A DNA stretch of 64,000 nt, from contig OZ241863.1 of the NCBI GenBank assembly GCA_965203055.1, positions 3,808,001 to 3,872,000 of the forward strand, in the 5' to 3' direction. This DNA is from Spirochaetia bacterium (GTDB taxonomy: Bacteria > Spirochaetota > Spirochaetia > SZUA-6 > Bin103). Below are positions 1 to 11,382 of the stretch, one piece after another (position 1 is the stretch's first letter; each line of letters opens with the position of its first letter). A model generated the notes under the pieces. It had not been told where the DNA came from. It ran no database searches and saw only the letters and a list, made by a program, of their open reading frames with translations. A program made the position numbers and the translations under genes.

Positions 1-447
1 CCCGATGGTGTTCGGTTCCGAGAACAGCCCGGCCCGCTCCTCCTGACCGGTGAGCGCCGCGAAGCGCCGGTGGTCCGGGTCCGATGCATCTATCAGCAGC
101 TCCTTGCGATGCAGGATCGGGCGGTTGCCGTTCGGTGGGTACCGTCGTATGCGTGCCGTACCCTCCTCGAGGTCGATACTTGCCGCGACCGCCAGCGCCG
201 GATGCTCGTCGTCGAGGAACTTCGGGTAGTGGAGCAGAGAGACCTGCTTCCGGTGCGGCGAAAGTTTGCAGACGTTCCACGGGAACGCAGCCCCGGCCGC
301 GACCGCCCACGAGCGCACCGCGGCCAACAAGTCCGCATCGTGCCGCTCAAGGGCATCGCGATGAAGATACACGGCTCCGCCGACGCGCTTCCCCACCGGC
401 AGCCGCCGCACACGCTCCGCAAGAACCTCCGGAGTGATGCTCCCCAC
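1..447 (-). CDS. DNA phosphorothioation-associated putative methyltransferase, N-terminal part (runs off the window edge)
   Basis: Absent from the ORF track. Manual translation from GTG at 447 gives ...VGKRVGGAVYLH...VSLLHYPKFLDDEHPAL...NRPILHRKELL...EERAGLF; the LHYPxF..HPAL and PILHRKE motifs are typical of this family. Confidence 0.7.
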   Translation of the reverse strand, partial: MGSITPEVLAERVRRLPVGKRVGGAVYLHRDALERHDADLLAAVRSWAVAAGAAFPWNVCKLSPHRKQVSLLHYPKFLDDEHPALAVAASIDLEEGTARIRRYPPNGNRPILHRKELLIDASDPDHRRFAALTGQEERAGLFSEPNTIG

Positions 448-511
448 GCCCCCCGGAGTCTACTACGCCGCCCGCGCCCGCTTCGAGTGGATTCTTAGAT
501 GAGGCACCACG

Positions 512-970
512 TCAGCCGCCTCCGTCCAGCCGATGCGCGGACGATGGCGGACCGTCAAGTGCCAGGACGGTCAGCAATTCGTCTGCCGTCACGATAGACA
601 CCGGCGCTGCCCGAAAGCCGTCATGGTCGCGCGTGACGAGGTAATCGGCGCCGCATCGACGTGCGCAGCAGAGTTGAACGGCGTCCTCGAAGTCGGCGCC
701 GTTCGCGGCCAACGCCTCATCAAGGAGCCGAGTATCCACCTCGACGGGGCGAAATACCGATCGGATCATCTGCAGTGATCGATAGGCCGGATCGGCGCCA
801 CCGTGCCTGCGTGCAATGTAGAACACGTTGTTGAAGCTGATGGCAGACACGAAACCGTGGTGAGCGCCGGTCTCCACCAGTGTCCATACCCGAGCCGACG
901 ATCGGTAGAACGGCTCCCGCTGCAACAGCACGTCGAGCAGAACATTCGTATCCAGGAAGAGCCGGAGAAT
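512..970 (-). CDS. PIN-domain (VapC-like) toxin
   Basis: LFLDTNVLLD...DFEDAVQ...LVTRD acidic motifs. The DTN motif lies upstream of the tracked GTG (931); the in-frame ATT at 968-970 follows a GGAG RBS. Confidence 0.85.
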   Translation of the reverse strand: MLRLFLDTNVLLDVLLQREPFYRSSARVWTLVETGAHHGFVSAISFNNVFYIARRHGGADPAYRSLQMIRSVFRPVEVDTRLLDEALAANGADFEDAVQLCCARRCGADYLVTRDHDGFRAAPVSIVTADELLTVLALDGPPSSAHRLDGGG

Positions 971-972
971 GG

Positions 973-1245
973 CTACGCTCCGTGAGCGGGGCGGTGCAGG
1001 TACTTCTCCTCCAGCGCCTCTTCGATCAGCTCCCGGTCGGATCGATGCGAGTGCTGCGGCACCAGCCCGCTCGCCTGCTTGGTTATCGGTCCAAGATCGG
1101 TTGGATCGGCCGTCCGTACCCGATCGAGCGCGCGTATCACCTGCGCAAACAGCGCCGAGACCGTCATCCGGCGGGACTTCGCCAGCCGCTTCGCCAAAGC
1201 GACCAGCTCTTCCTCAGCACTCAAAGTCAGTTTCACTCGACTCAT
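973..1245 (-). CDS. DUF6364-like antitoxin (RHH-type)
   Basis: MSRVKLTLS..ELVALAKRLAKSRRMTVSALF; small gene immediately upstream of the PIN gene. Confidence 0.75.
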   Translation of the reverse strand: MSRVKLTLSAEEELVALAKRLAKSRRMTVSALFAQVIRALDRVRTADPTDLGPITKQASGLVPQHSHRSDRELIEEALEEKYLHRPAHGA

Positions 1246-1327
1246 ATACGTATCATGGCGACATGGAGATACGTATGCAACCGCGCGCAGTGCCGAACAC
1301 AGATCGACAACGCGCAGTTTGGCTGAT

Positions 1328-4522
<3,195 letters not shown>

Positions 4523-4592
4523 GGTGAGGCGAACCTATCGCCCGCTCGGTTGCCGGGTCAAGGCGCGCCCGGCGCGCCCGGCGTGCGGACAG

Positions 4593-5611
4593 TCAGCGGA
4601 AGCTGCTCAGCTCCACCATGGCGCGGGTCTGGCGATGCCGCAGCGGCTCGCCGGCGAACAGGCGCGCGGCGTCGTCGAGCACCCAGCGCAACTGATAGCG
4701 CACCGAACCGCTGACCGCCCCCGCCACGTGCGGCGACAGGGTCAGGTGCGGGCAGCCGATCAGCGGCGAGTCGGGCGGCGGCGGTTCCGGGTCGGTCACG
4801 TCGAGAAACGCCCAGATGCGGCGCCGATGCAGCTCGGCGACCAGCGCCTCCTGATCGACCAGCGGTCCGCGCGAGGTGTTGATGAAGATCGCGCCGTCGC
4901 GCAGCAGCGCCAGCCGCGCGGCGTTCACCAGGTGGCGGGTCTGGTCGTTGTTGGGGGCGTGCACGCTCACCACGTCCGATTCGGCGAACAGCTCGTCCAG
5001 CTCCCGCTTCTCGGCGCCCAGCGCGGCGGCGCGCGCGGCGTCCACGAACGGATCCGCCAGCAGCAGGCGCACCTGATAATGGCGCAGCAAGGCCAGCACC
5101 CGGCGGCCTACCTCGCCGGCGCCGATGACGCCGACGGTGATGCCGCGCACATCGGACGCGGGGCGGTGCAGCTCGATCTGCCGCCACCTCCCGCGCGCGG
5201 TCTGCGGGGCCGTCTCCATCAGCGAGCGGCGCCCGATCACGATCAGCGCGGCGGTGTACTGCGCCACCTCTTCGGCTATGGCGCCGGCGGCGTTGACCAC
5301 CGGGATGGCGCGCTCCCAGACCGCGGCCGAGAGATAGGGGCGCACCGTCCCGGCGGCGTGGGCGATGATGCGCAGGCCGGGCGCCGCGTCCAGCAGCTCG
5401 GCGGTCAGCGGCGGCGAGCCCCAGCAGGTGACGCACCCGTCCGCCCCGGCCAACAGCTCCCGCGCGGCCGCGGCGTCCACGCCGTTCCCGGCTCCGGGCG
5501 CGGCGCCGGCCGGCGGAACCGCAGCCGATCCTCGTAGCGCGCGAACTCATCCGCCAGCAGCACCCGCGGGTTGTCGTTGAGTACCGCGATCAGCGGCTTG
5601 CCGGCAGCCAT
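4593..5611 (-). CDS. D-isomer-specific 2-hydroxyacid dehydrogenase (apparent frameshift near 5500-5530)
   Basis: GVIGAGEVG, INTSRG, LDVTDPEP, SPHVAG. The N-terminus (MAAGKPLIAVLND, ATG 5611 behind an AGGAG RBS) is in a different frame from the body (4593-5480). Confidence 0.85.
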
Positions 5612-5628
5612 GGCGCCTGCAGGCTCCT

Positions 5629-6849
5629 TCAGAATCCCCAGTCGAAGTGCGGTTCGGGCAGCGCCAGGGCGGCGTCCAGCTCCGCCAGCAGGTCCGCGGG
5701 GCCGCTGAGGTCGTCGGTAATCGCCACCGAGACCGCCGGCCGCGCGCCGAGCCACACCCGCGAAAAGGCCCCCACGCCGGCCCGCAGGGTCGGCAGGTCG
5801 GGGTCGCTGCCCGGCTCCGCGCGGGACACGGCCCCCAGCCGTACGCGATACGCGCCGGCGATGCCGCGCCAGCCGTCCTGCGGCAGGAACCGGGCTATCG
5901 GATCGCGCAACTCCAGGTTGAACGCCAGCTCGGAGCGCGCCTGCAACGCCGCGATGCAGGCCGGCAGGTCCAGAATCCGTACCTGATAGCTGGCATCGCT
6001 CCACATGCGGTGCTCGTGCGCCGCGCGGTGGGTGTGGTGGCGGTTGCGGAACGGCCACTGCAGCAGGTCCTGGAACTGGATCTGCGGCGGTTCCTGCAGC
6101 CACACGTGCTGCACCTGGTCGGCCAGGTTGTGCAGCAGGCTCAACAGTTCCAGCAACTGGCCGCTGCTCTCGTAAGCCAGCCACCATACCGAGTAGGGGC
6201 CGCTCTCCCCCTTGGCCTCGGCCCAGAAGTAATGGGTAATGCGTTCGCCGTCGCGGTAGCCGAGCCCGAAGCCGTTGTCCGCTTCGCTCATCGCGCCCCG
6301 GGTGACGGCGGGATGGTGCAGATTGACGCCGCCGTGCGGGCGCAGGCGCCGCAGGCGGCAGGCATGCGCCTCTTCCGCGTCTTCCGCGGTGATGCGCTCC
6401 GGCGGGCGCGCCCGCTGCGGGACGCGCAGGGTGGCCGGGTCGAAGGTCACCGAATGGTCATAGCCCATGGTCCCGAAGCCGAGCAGGTTGTAGAACCCCT
6501 GGTCGAACATGCTCAGGCCGGCCACCGCGGCGCCGCGCAGCGCGGCGTCGGCTACCGCGGTGGCGGTAGTGCGCCCGGCCAGCCCCTGGCGCCGCGCTAC
6601 GCGGCTGGTGGTGACTGCGGCTACCCCGGCAAACGGCAACTCCCGCTCCTGGTAGCGCAGGTCGCCGTCGCTGATCAGGACCCCGCACTCGGCGGCGCCG
6701 GCGAGCTCGGCCACGAAGCCGCGGCTGCCGCTGACGAAGGTGTCGAAGCTCTGCTCCTTCTCCTCCTCCTTGCCGAGCCAGCCCACTTCGCGATGGACGC
6801 GAATCAGGGCGGCGCGGTCGCGCTGGTGATCGTAGCGGCGAATGATCAT
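5629..6849 (-). CDS. Eis-like GNAT acetyltransferase with C-terminal SCP2-like domain
   Basis: VAAVTTSRVARRQGLA acetyl-CoA motif, FYNLLGF, RILDLPACI; about 400 aa Eis architecture. Confidence 0.8.
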   Translation of the reverse strand: MIIRRYDHQRDRAALIRVHREVGWLGKEEEKEQSFDTFVSGSRGFVAELAGAAECGVLISDGDLRYQERELPFAGVAAVTTSRVARRQGLAGRTTATAVADAALRGAAVAGLSMFDQGFYNLLGFGTMGYDHSVTFDPATLRVPQRARPPERITAEDAEEAHACRLRRLRPHGGVNLHHPAVTRGAMSEADNGFGLGYRDGERITHYFWAEAKGESGPYSVWWLAYESSGQLLELLSLLHNLADQVQHVWLQEPPQIQFQDLLQWPFRNRHHTHRAAHEHRMWSDASYQVRILDLPACIAALQARSELAFNLELRDPIARFLPQDGWRGIAGAYRVRLGAVSRAEPGSDPDLPTLRAGVGAFSRVWLGARPAVSVAITDDLSGPADLLAELDAALALPEPHFDWGF

Positions 6850-8306
6850 GCGACGCTGACCTCAGGTTTGCCGGCGCCGTCGTGGCCGGCAGGACCGACC
6901 GGGGCGGCGGCAGGTTCCGGCGGCTTGCCGGGTCCTCGTCCGCCCGCCGGGGCCGGCGGAGCCGCGGCCAAGCCGGCAAAGGTGCGCTGCAACAGCAGGA
7001 AGCCGATCCCGAAGGCGACCAGGTTGGCGGCCACGACCGCCCACCACACGCCGGCCGCGGAGTCGGCTCCGCCGCCGCGGGTAACCAGCAGCGCGCCGCC
7101 CACCAGAATGGCTACCCGGATGGCGGAGACGGCAAAGCCGCGCCACGACTTGCCCAGCGCCTGGAACGAGCTGACCACCACGAACAGCGCCGCCACCACG
7201 CCGTAGGTGAGCGGTACCGTCGCCAGGTAGGAGCGGGCGTAGCCGGCAACCGCGAAATCGGCCGCGAACGCCTCCACGATCACGCCGCGCAACGCCAACG
7301 CGCCGGCGCCCACCAGCGAGCCGATGACGAAGCCGAACAGCATTCCGGTCCGGTACGCCGCGCGGGCGCGGTCCGGGCGGCGGCCGCCAAGATTCTGGCC
7401 GATCAGCGCGAGCGCGGCGACCGCGAAGCCGATCGCCGGCAGGAACGAGAAGAACTCGATGCGCAGGCCGATCGACAGCCCCACCACTCCCGCTTCCAGG
7501 AACGCCGCCGCCACCAGGGCGTTGAGCACCGCCAGCGCGGCCGGGTTGAGCAGGTTGGTCAGCGCCGCCGGGAAGCCGATGGCCAGCACCCGGCGCACCG
7601 AGCGGAGGCGAAACACGAGGTTCCGAAAGCGGAACTTCACCAGCATGTCGCGCTGGTGGAGCAGCGTGATGCCGGCGGTTACCAGCAGGAGCTGCGAGAT
7701 GAGGGTCGCGAAGGCGGCGCCGCGCACGCCGAACGCCGGAATGCCGAGGCCGCCGAAGATCAACAGGGGATCGAGGGCCGCGTTGATGGTGGTGGAGATG
7801 GCGAACAGCCAAGTCACCGTGGTGTTGTCGCCCTGCGAGTTGAAGCCGAAGATCACGGCGAAGAACACGAACATGAGCACCGAACCGCCGGCGACGATGG
7901 TGAAGTAGTCCACCGCCAGGGGCAGGATGTCGCCGGTGGCGCCGGTAAGGGTCAGCAGTTGCCGGCGCAGGAGGAGGCACAGCGTGGTGAAGACCGCGGC
8001 GGCGATAAGATTCAGCACGAACGACTGGCCGAGCACCCGTTCGGCCTCGTGGAGGTCGCGGCGGCCGATGCTCATGGCCATTACCACGCCGGAGCCAACG
8101 GTGATGCCGATGGTCAGGGAGACCATCACGAACAGGGTGATCTGCGATACCGTCACCGCGGCGATGGCGCTGGCGGAAACCCGGCTCACCCAGAACGCGT
8201 CCACGAGCTGATAGAGGGTCTGGAAGAAGATGGAGAGCATCACCGGCCAGGCCAGCGACCAGCTCAGGGCGGGGATCGATCCGGTGGTGAGGTTGCGTCC
8301 GCGCAC
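6846..8306 (-). CDS. MATE family efflux transporter
   Basis: LTTGSI..LAWP, LYQLVDAFWV, INAALDPLLIFG..GVRGAAFAT, GQNLG; about 12 hydrophobic segments. Confidence 0.92.
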   Translation of the reverse strand: MRGRNLTTGSIPALSWSLAWPVMLSIFFQTLYQLVDAFWVSRVSASAIAAVTVSQITLFVMVSLTIGITVGSGVVMAMSIGRRDLHEAERVLGQSFVLNLIAAAVFTTLCLLLRRQLLTLTGATGDILPLAVDYFTIVAGGSVLMFVFFAVIFGFNSQGDNTTVTWLFAISTTINAALDPLLIFGGLGIPAFGVRGAAFATLISQLLLVTAGITLLHQRDMLVKFRFRNLVFRLRSVRRVLAIGFPAALTNLLNPAALAVLNALVAAAFLEAGVVGLSIGLRIEFFSFLPAIGFAVAALALIGQNLGGRRPDRARAAYRTGMLFGFVIGSLVGAGALALRGVIVEAFAADFAVAGYARSYLATVPLTYGVVAALFVVVSSFQALGKSWRGFAVSAIRVAILVGGALLVTRGGGADSAAGVWWAVVAANLVAFGIGFLLLQRTFAGLAAAPPAPAGGRGPGKPPEPAAAPVGPAGHDGAGKPEVSVA

Positions 8307-8418
8307 GGCCGCCGTAACCTACCACCGATCGGCGCCGGCGAGCAAACGAACCCCGGAGGGGACCGGCGCGGCGACCGATTGACAGCCCCCGCCATCGAAT
8401 CCACCGTTGGGGCCCATC

Positions 8419-9033
8419 ATGGAACGGGTCTTCATCTACTGGGACAACTCGAACATCTTCATCAGCGCGCAACAGGTAGCGATCGATCGCGAAGGCGAGT
8501 CGGCCCGCTACCGGATGCGCATCCATTTTCAGAATCTGTTGAAGTTGGCATGCGCGGACCGTCCGATCGAGCATGCCATCGCCGTCGGCTCCATTCCCCC
8601 CGAGTTGAGACACGTCTGGAATCGAATGGAAAACGAAGGGGTGACCGTGCAACTCCTCGAACGCGGCGAGATGCACCACCGGGAACAAGGAGTCGATCAG
8701 GCGCTGCAGACGGCGATGTTGCGCGACGCCTTCGACTACAACGGCAATCCCGGCATAGCGGTGATGCTCACCGGTGACGGCAGCGGGTTCGATGACGGCG
8801 TGGGCTTTCACGCCGACCTCGAACGCATGCGCCGGCGCGGGTGGCGCGTCGAGGTTCTGTCGTGGCGGCATAGTTGCAACCGCGGCATGCGCCGCTGGGC
8901 GGAGCAGAACGGCATCTTCGTCGCGCTGGACGACTACTACCAGAGCGTGACGTTCCTGGAGCCGCCGGCGCCCGGCCGGCCGCTGGCGGAGCCGCGCGCG
9001 GCGCGGCCGGTCGACCTCAGCCGGCGTTCTTGA
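8419..9033 (+). CDS. NYN domain (PIN-like) protein
   Basis: VFIYWDNSN, EQGVDQAL, LTGDGSGF, GWRVEVLSW. Confidence 0.88.
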   Translation: MERVFIYWDNSNIFISAQQVAIDREGESARYRMRIHFQNLLKLACADRPIEHAIAVGSIPPELRHVWNRMENEGVTVQLLERGEMHHREQGVDQALQTAMLRDAFDYNGNPGIAVMLTGDGSGFDDGVGFHADLERMRRRGWRVEVLSWRHSCNRGMRRWAEQNGIFVALDDYYQSVTFLEPPAPGRPLAEPRAARPVDLSRRS

Positions 9034-9619
9034 AGGACAAGGCGCCGAGTCTATCGGCGGCGGCGCTCAGGTTCAGCGCCGCGCGGCGCGCGGCGGGAGA
9101 CATCTTGCGCCATGTCCTGGTGAGGATGGAGGTCACCTTCTCCGCCGGGTGCTTGGCGGCGAACTCGCTCAGGTAGCTGTCCAGGAACACCAGGCAGGCG
9201 ACATCCTCCAGTGCCTGCACGTCGCTGTCCGCGCCGGCCGCGGCCAACCCTTCCTTGCGCAGCAGGGCTGCCACGACCGCCGCCGCCGCGGGATCGTAGC
9301 CCGCTTCCCGCATCAGTTGCGCGGCCCGCCGGGCGTGGTGGCCGGCGGCCGCGGTGCGCCAGCGCAGGTACCCGCGGCGCCCGGCCGGGAACCGGTCGCG
9401 CGGCATCGTCCAGCGTTCCAGGTGCTGCGCGCGAACCGCGATGCGCAGGGTCTCCGAGGCGTCCGGTCGCAGCCGCTCCAGCCAGGCGCTCATGCGCTGC
9501 GCGTAGAGTAGCTCCCTGGGGTGTTCGACGCCCGCGGCCGTCTCGGTGTTGGGGTCCGCGCGGTTGGCCGAGTCGATCCGCCTGAGAACATCTTCCAGCC
9601 GCCGGCTCGGGTCGCCCAT
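9017..9619 (-). CDS. DUF4202 domain protein
   Basis: IDSANRADP, ELLYAQRM, AQHLERW, GYLRWR, LEDVACLVFL, KTW/RTWRKMS-type motifs. Confidence 0.85.
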   Translation of the reverse strand: MGDPSRRLEDVLRRIDSANRADPNTETAAGVEHPRELLYAQRMSAWLERLRPDASETLRIAVRAQHLERWTMPRDRFPAGRRGYLRWRTAAAGHHARRAAQLMREAGYDPAAAAVVAALLRKEGLAAAGADSDVQALEDVACLVFLDSYLSEFAAKHPAEKVTSILTRTWRKMSPAARRAALNLSAAADRLGALSFKNAG

Positions 9620-9738
9620 GACGCAGCATGATAGCAGGCCGCCGGGGGCGGCGGCGCGGCAACTGCGGCAAGTAGCTTTCTCCGCTACCGGTCGAGTCGG
9701 GTAACAGAAACGTGGCTGGCCCACCTGGATTGCCTCAT

Positions 9739-9929
9739 CTAGCCAGTAGGTGGCTGCTCCCCTACACCCTGTTCGAGGGTGATCTGTCCACGCCGCACGG
9801 TCAGCTCGTCCTGCATGAACGAGTTGTCCTCGACGTACTTACCGATCAGGGACGCCTCCGTTTCCGCCTCATCCTCTACGACGACCGCCGCGATAAGCAG
9901 CAGCCCCATTGACGATGATCTTCTTTCAC
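9739..9929 (-). pseudogene. remnant of a small secreted protein
   Basis: A GGAGGAGG RBS precedes a frameshifted signal-peptide-like start (VKKIIV/MGLLLIAAV...), then about 56 codons to TAG. Confidence 0.4.
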
Positions 9930-9960
9930 CATCTCCTCCTCCGGGAAGTGGTCCCGGTAT

Positions 9961-10003
9961 GCCTCTCGCGGGGAATCGAACCCGCCGTGCTCCAAGAGGA
10001 GGC
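9961..10003 (-). ncRNA. mini-tRNA-like element 1
   Basis: GCCTC-CTCTTGGAG-CACG-GCGGG TTCGATT CCCCGC-GA-GAGGC: closing stem, small hairpin, T-arm. Confidence 0.55.
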
Positions 10004-10061
10004 TGAAATCACCCTTGATCCCATTCCCATATCAAAGTGGCCTTGTGCTCTACTCCGGTGT

Positions 10062-10079
10062 GCAGGAATCGAACCCCGC
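10062..10079 (-). ncRNA. T-arm-like hairpin (element 2, degenerate)
   Basis: GCGGGG TTCGATT CCTGC just after the stop codon of the 10082-10597 gene. Confidence 0.4.
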
Positions 10080-10081
10080 TT

Positions 10082-10597
10082 TCAGCCCCAGCATCCCGTG
10101 ACCGCCTTAGCGGCCGTCGCCGTCGTTAGCCAACTCGACTCGCTCCAATCTTCATTCCAACGTTCTGGGGTGTTCTCCCAGTCTCGCTTGTCAGCTAGTA
10201 TTGCCTTCGGTTCATACGAACCTCTCGTATCAGACGTTGGTCCAACGTTGATGGTGTCCGGTTTGGTAGCAGAGAAGAAGCTATGATTCCTTGAGAAGTC
10301 AAATTCCTCCTCATCTACGCTCTCTCCGGCGTCAAACTGAAGCATGAAATCCACCACTGTACCATTCACCAAAACGAGACCTCTGGACTTGCCGTCTGGT
10401 CTGTCCCAAGATATGATCCAAACGACATCAGAGTTGTACGCATCGTCACCGGATCTTGCAGCTATCTCCTTACCGTTCACTCTTTCGATCTTCGGGTTAA
10501 ATACCCCTGCGTCCTTCAACGCCAGCTCGATTGGTCCCTGACCTGGGGTCCGTGGACTTCCCGCTTCGATGTGTCTCCTCAGCACCTTTACGTTCAC
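10082..10597 (-). CDS. hypothetical protein, phage-like
   Basis: GTG start behind AGGAGG. The HI..G....GPIELAL ... F..FD.G..V...F pattern resembles small phage proteins (recollection only). Confidence 0.6.
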   Translation of the reverse strand: MNVKVLRRHIEAGSPRTPGQGPIELALKDAGVFNPKIERVNGKEIAARSGDDAYNSDVVWIISWDRPDGKSRGLVLVNGTVVDFMLQFDAGESVDEEEFDFSRNHSFFSATKPDTINVGPTSDTRGSYEPKAILADKRDWENTPERWNEDWSESSWLTTATAAKAVTGCWG

Positions 10598-10649
10598 TTC
10601 AGGTCTCCTCCTGTGGCCATTATTAATCACCTGATGGCCAATCTGGTAG

Positions 10650-10720
10650 TCAGGATAGGGGGAGTCGAACCCCGATCTCCAGCTCCCAAAGCTGGCGCCA
10701 TACCGCTGGGCTATACCCCG
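10650..10720 (-). tRNA. tRNA-Pro(TGG), possibly degenerate
   Basis: Acceptor CGGGGTA/TATCCTG plus discriminator A; D-arm GCC..AGCGGTA..GGC; anticodon arm CCAGC TTTGGGA GCTGG; T-arm GGGG TTCGACT CCCC. The T-stem is one G short and the 3' end reads CTACCA rather than CCA. Confidence 0.75.
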
Positions 10721-10766
10721 ATTGACCGCCCCCGAAGGGGCGGGGTCGGTCGATCACTTCCCTTGG

Positions 10767-11273
10767 TTACCTTCCGTTACGATCCATCCATCCATCGAGA
10801 TCGTATGTGACTTTCGAGAACCGGCGAGATGTCTTGTTTATCTCGAAGCTCTCATATACTTCCAACGTCAATTCCGCCCACCTCACGAATGAAAGAGTGC
10901 ATCTATGATGCCCGCAGTTGTTTGGCTCATGGTAAATTTCGCCATTCTCGTCGACATCTGCGGCCCATGTGATCCGGAAGGTGTCGTCTTCTTGGAAGGT
11001 TACCACCCTCTCGTCGTAGCGGCCTTGGCATTCATCTCCATGACCTATCACGAAGAGGTCCCCCTCCCTACTCCAGGCAACCAGACCGTCTTCTGACACC
11101 TCAAGCAGAATATGCTCGCCAAGGAGAGACCATGTCTCCCATGTCCCATAGGTGAATCCAGGGAACTTGATGTCTTCGTGACACTCATACCCTCGGACGA
11201 TCTCTTCCTGCGACCACACCATACCTGCAGCGATCATTGCCACTGCCACAACCAATACGATCAGACGCTTCAC
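10767..11273 (-). CDS. secreted hypothetical protein
   Basis: GTG start behind AAGGAGG; signal peptide VKRLIVLVVAVAMIAAGMVWSQ; four Cys. Confidence 0.7.
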   Translation of the reverse strand: MKRLIVLVVAVAMIAAGMVWSQEEIVRGYECHEDIKFPGFTYGTWETWSLLGEHILLEVSEDGLVAWSREGDLFVIGHGDECQGRYDERVVTFQEDDTFRITWAADVDENGEIYHEPNNCGHHRCTLSFVRWAELTLEVYESFEINKTSRRFSKVTYDLDGWMDRNGR

Positions 11274-11305
11274 ACGCCCTCCTTTCCAGGAAGTGACCCG
11301 GTATC

Positions 11306-11349
11306 GAAGCCCGGGGGATCGAACCCCGGCGCGGCAAACCATGCGCTTC
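11306..11349 (-). ncRNA. mini-tRNA-like element 3
   Basis: GAAGC-GCATGGTTTGC-CGCG-CCGGGG TTCGATC CCCCGG-GCTTC. Confidence 0.6.
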
Positions 11350-11382
11350 AGAGTCCCGTCCGAAGGCGGCGAAGGGGGAGGC

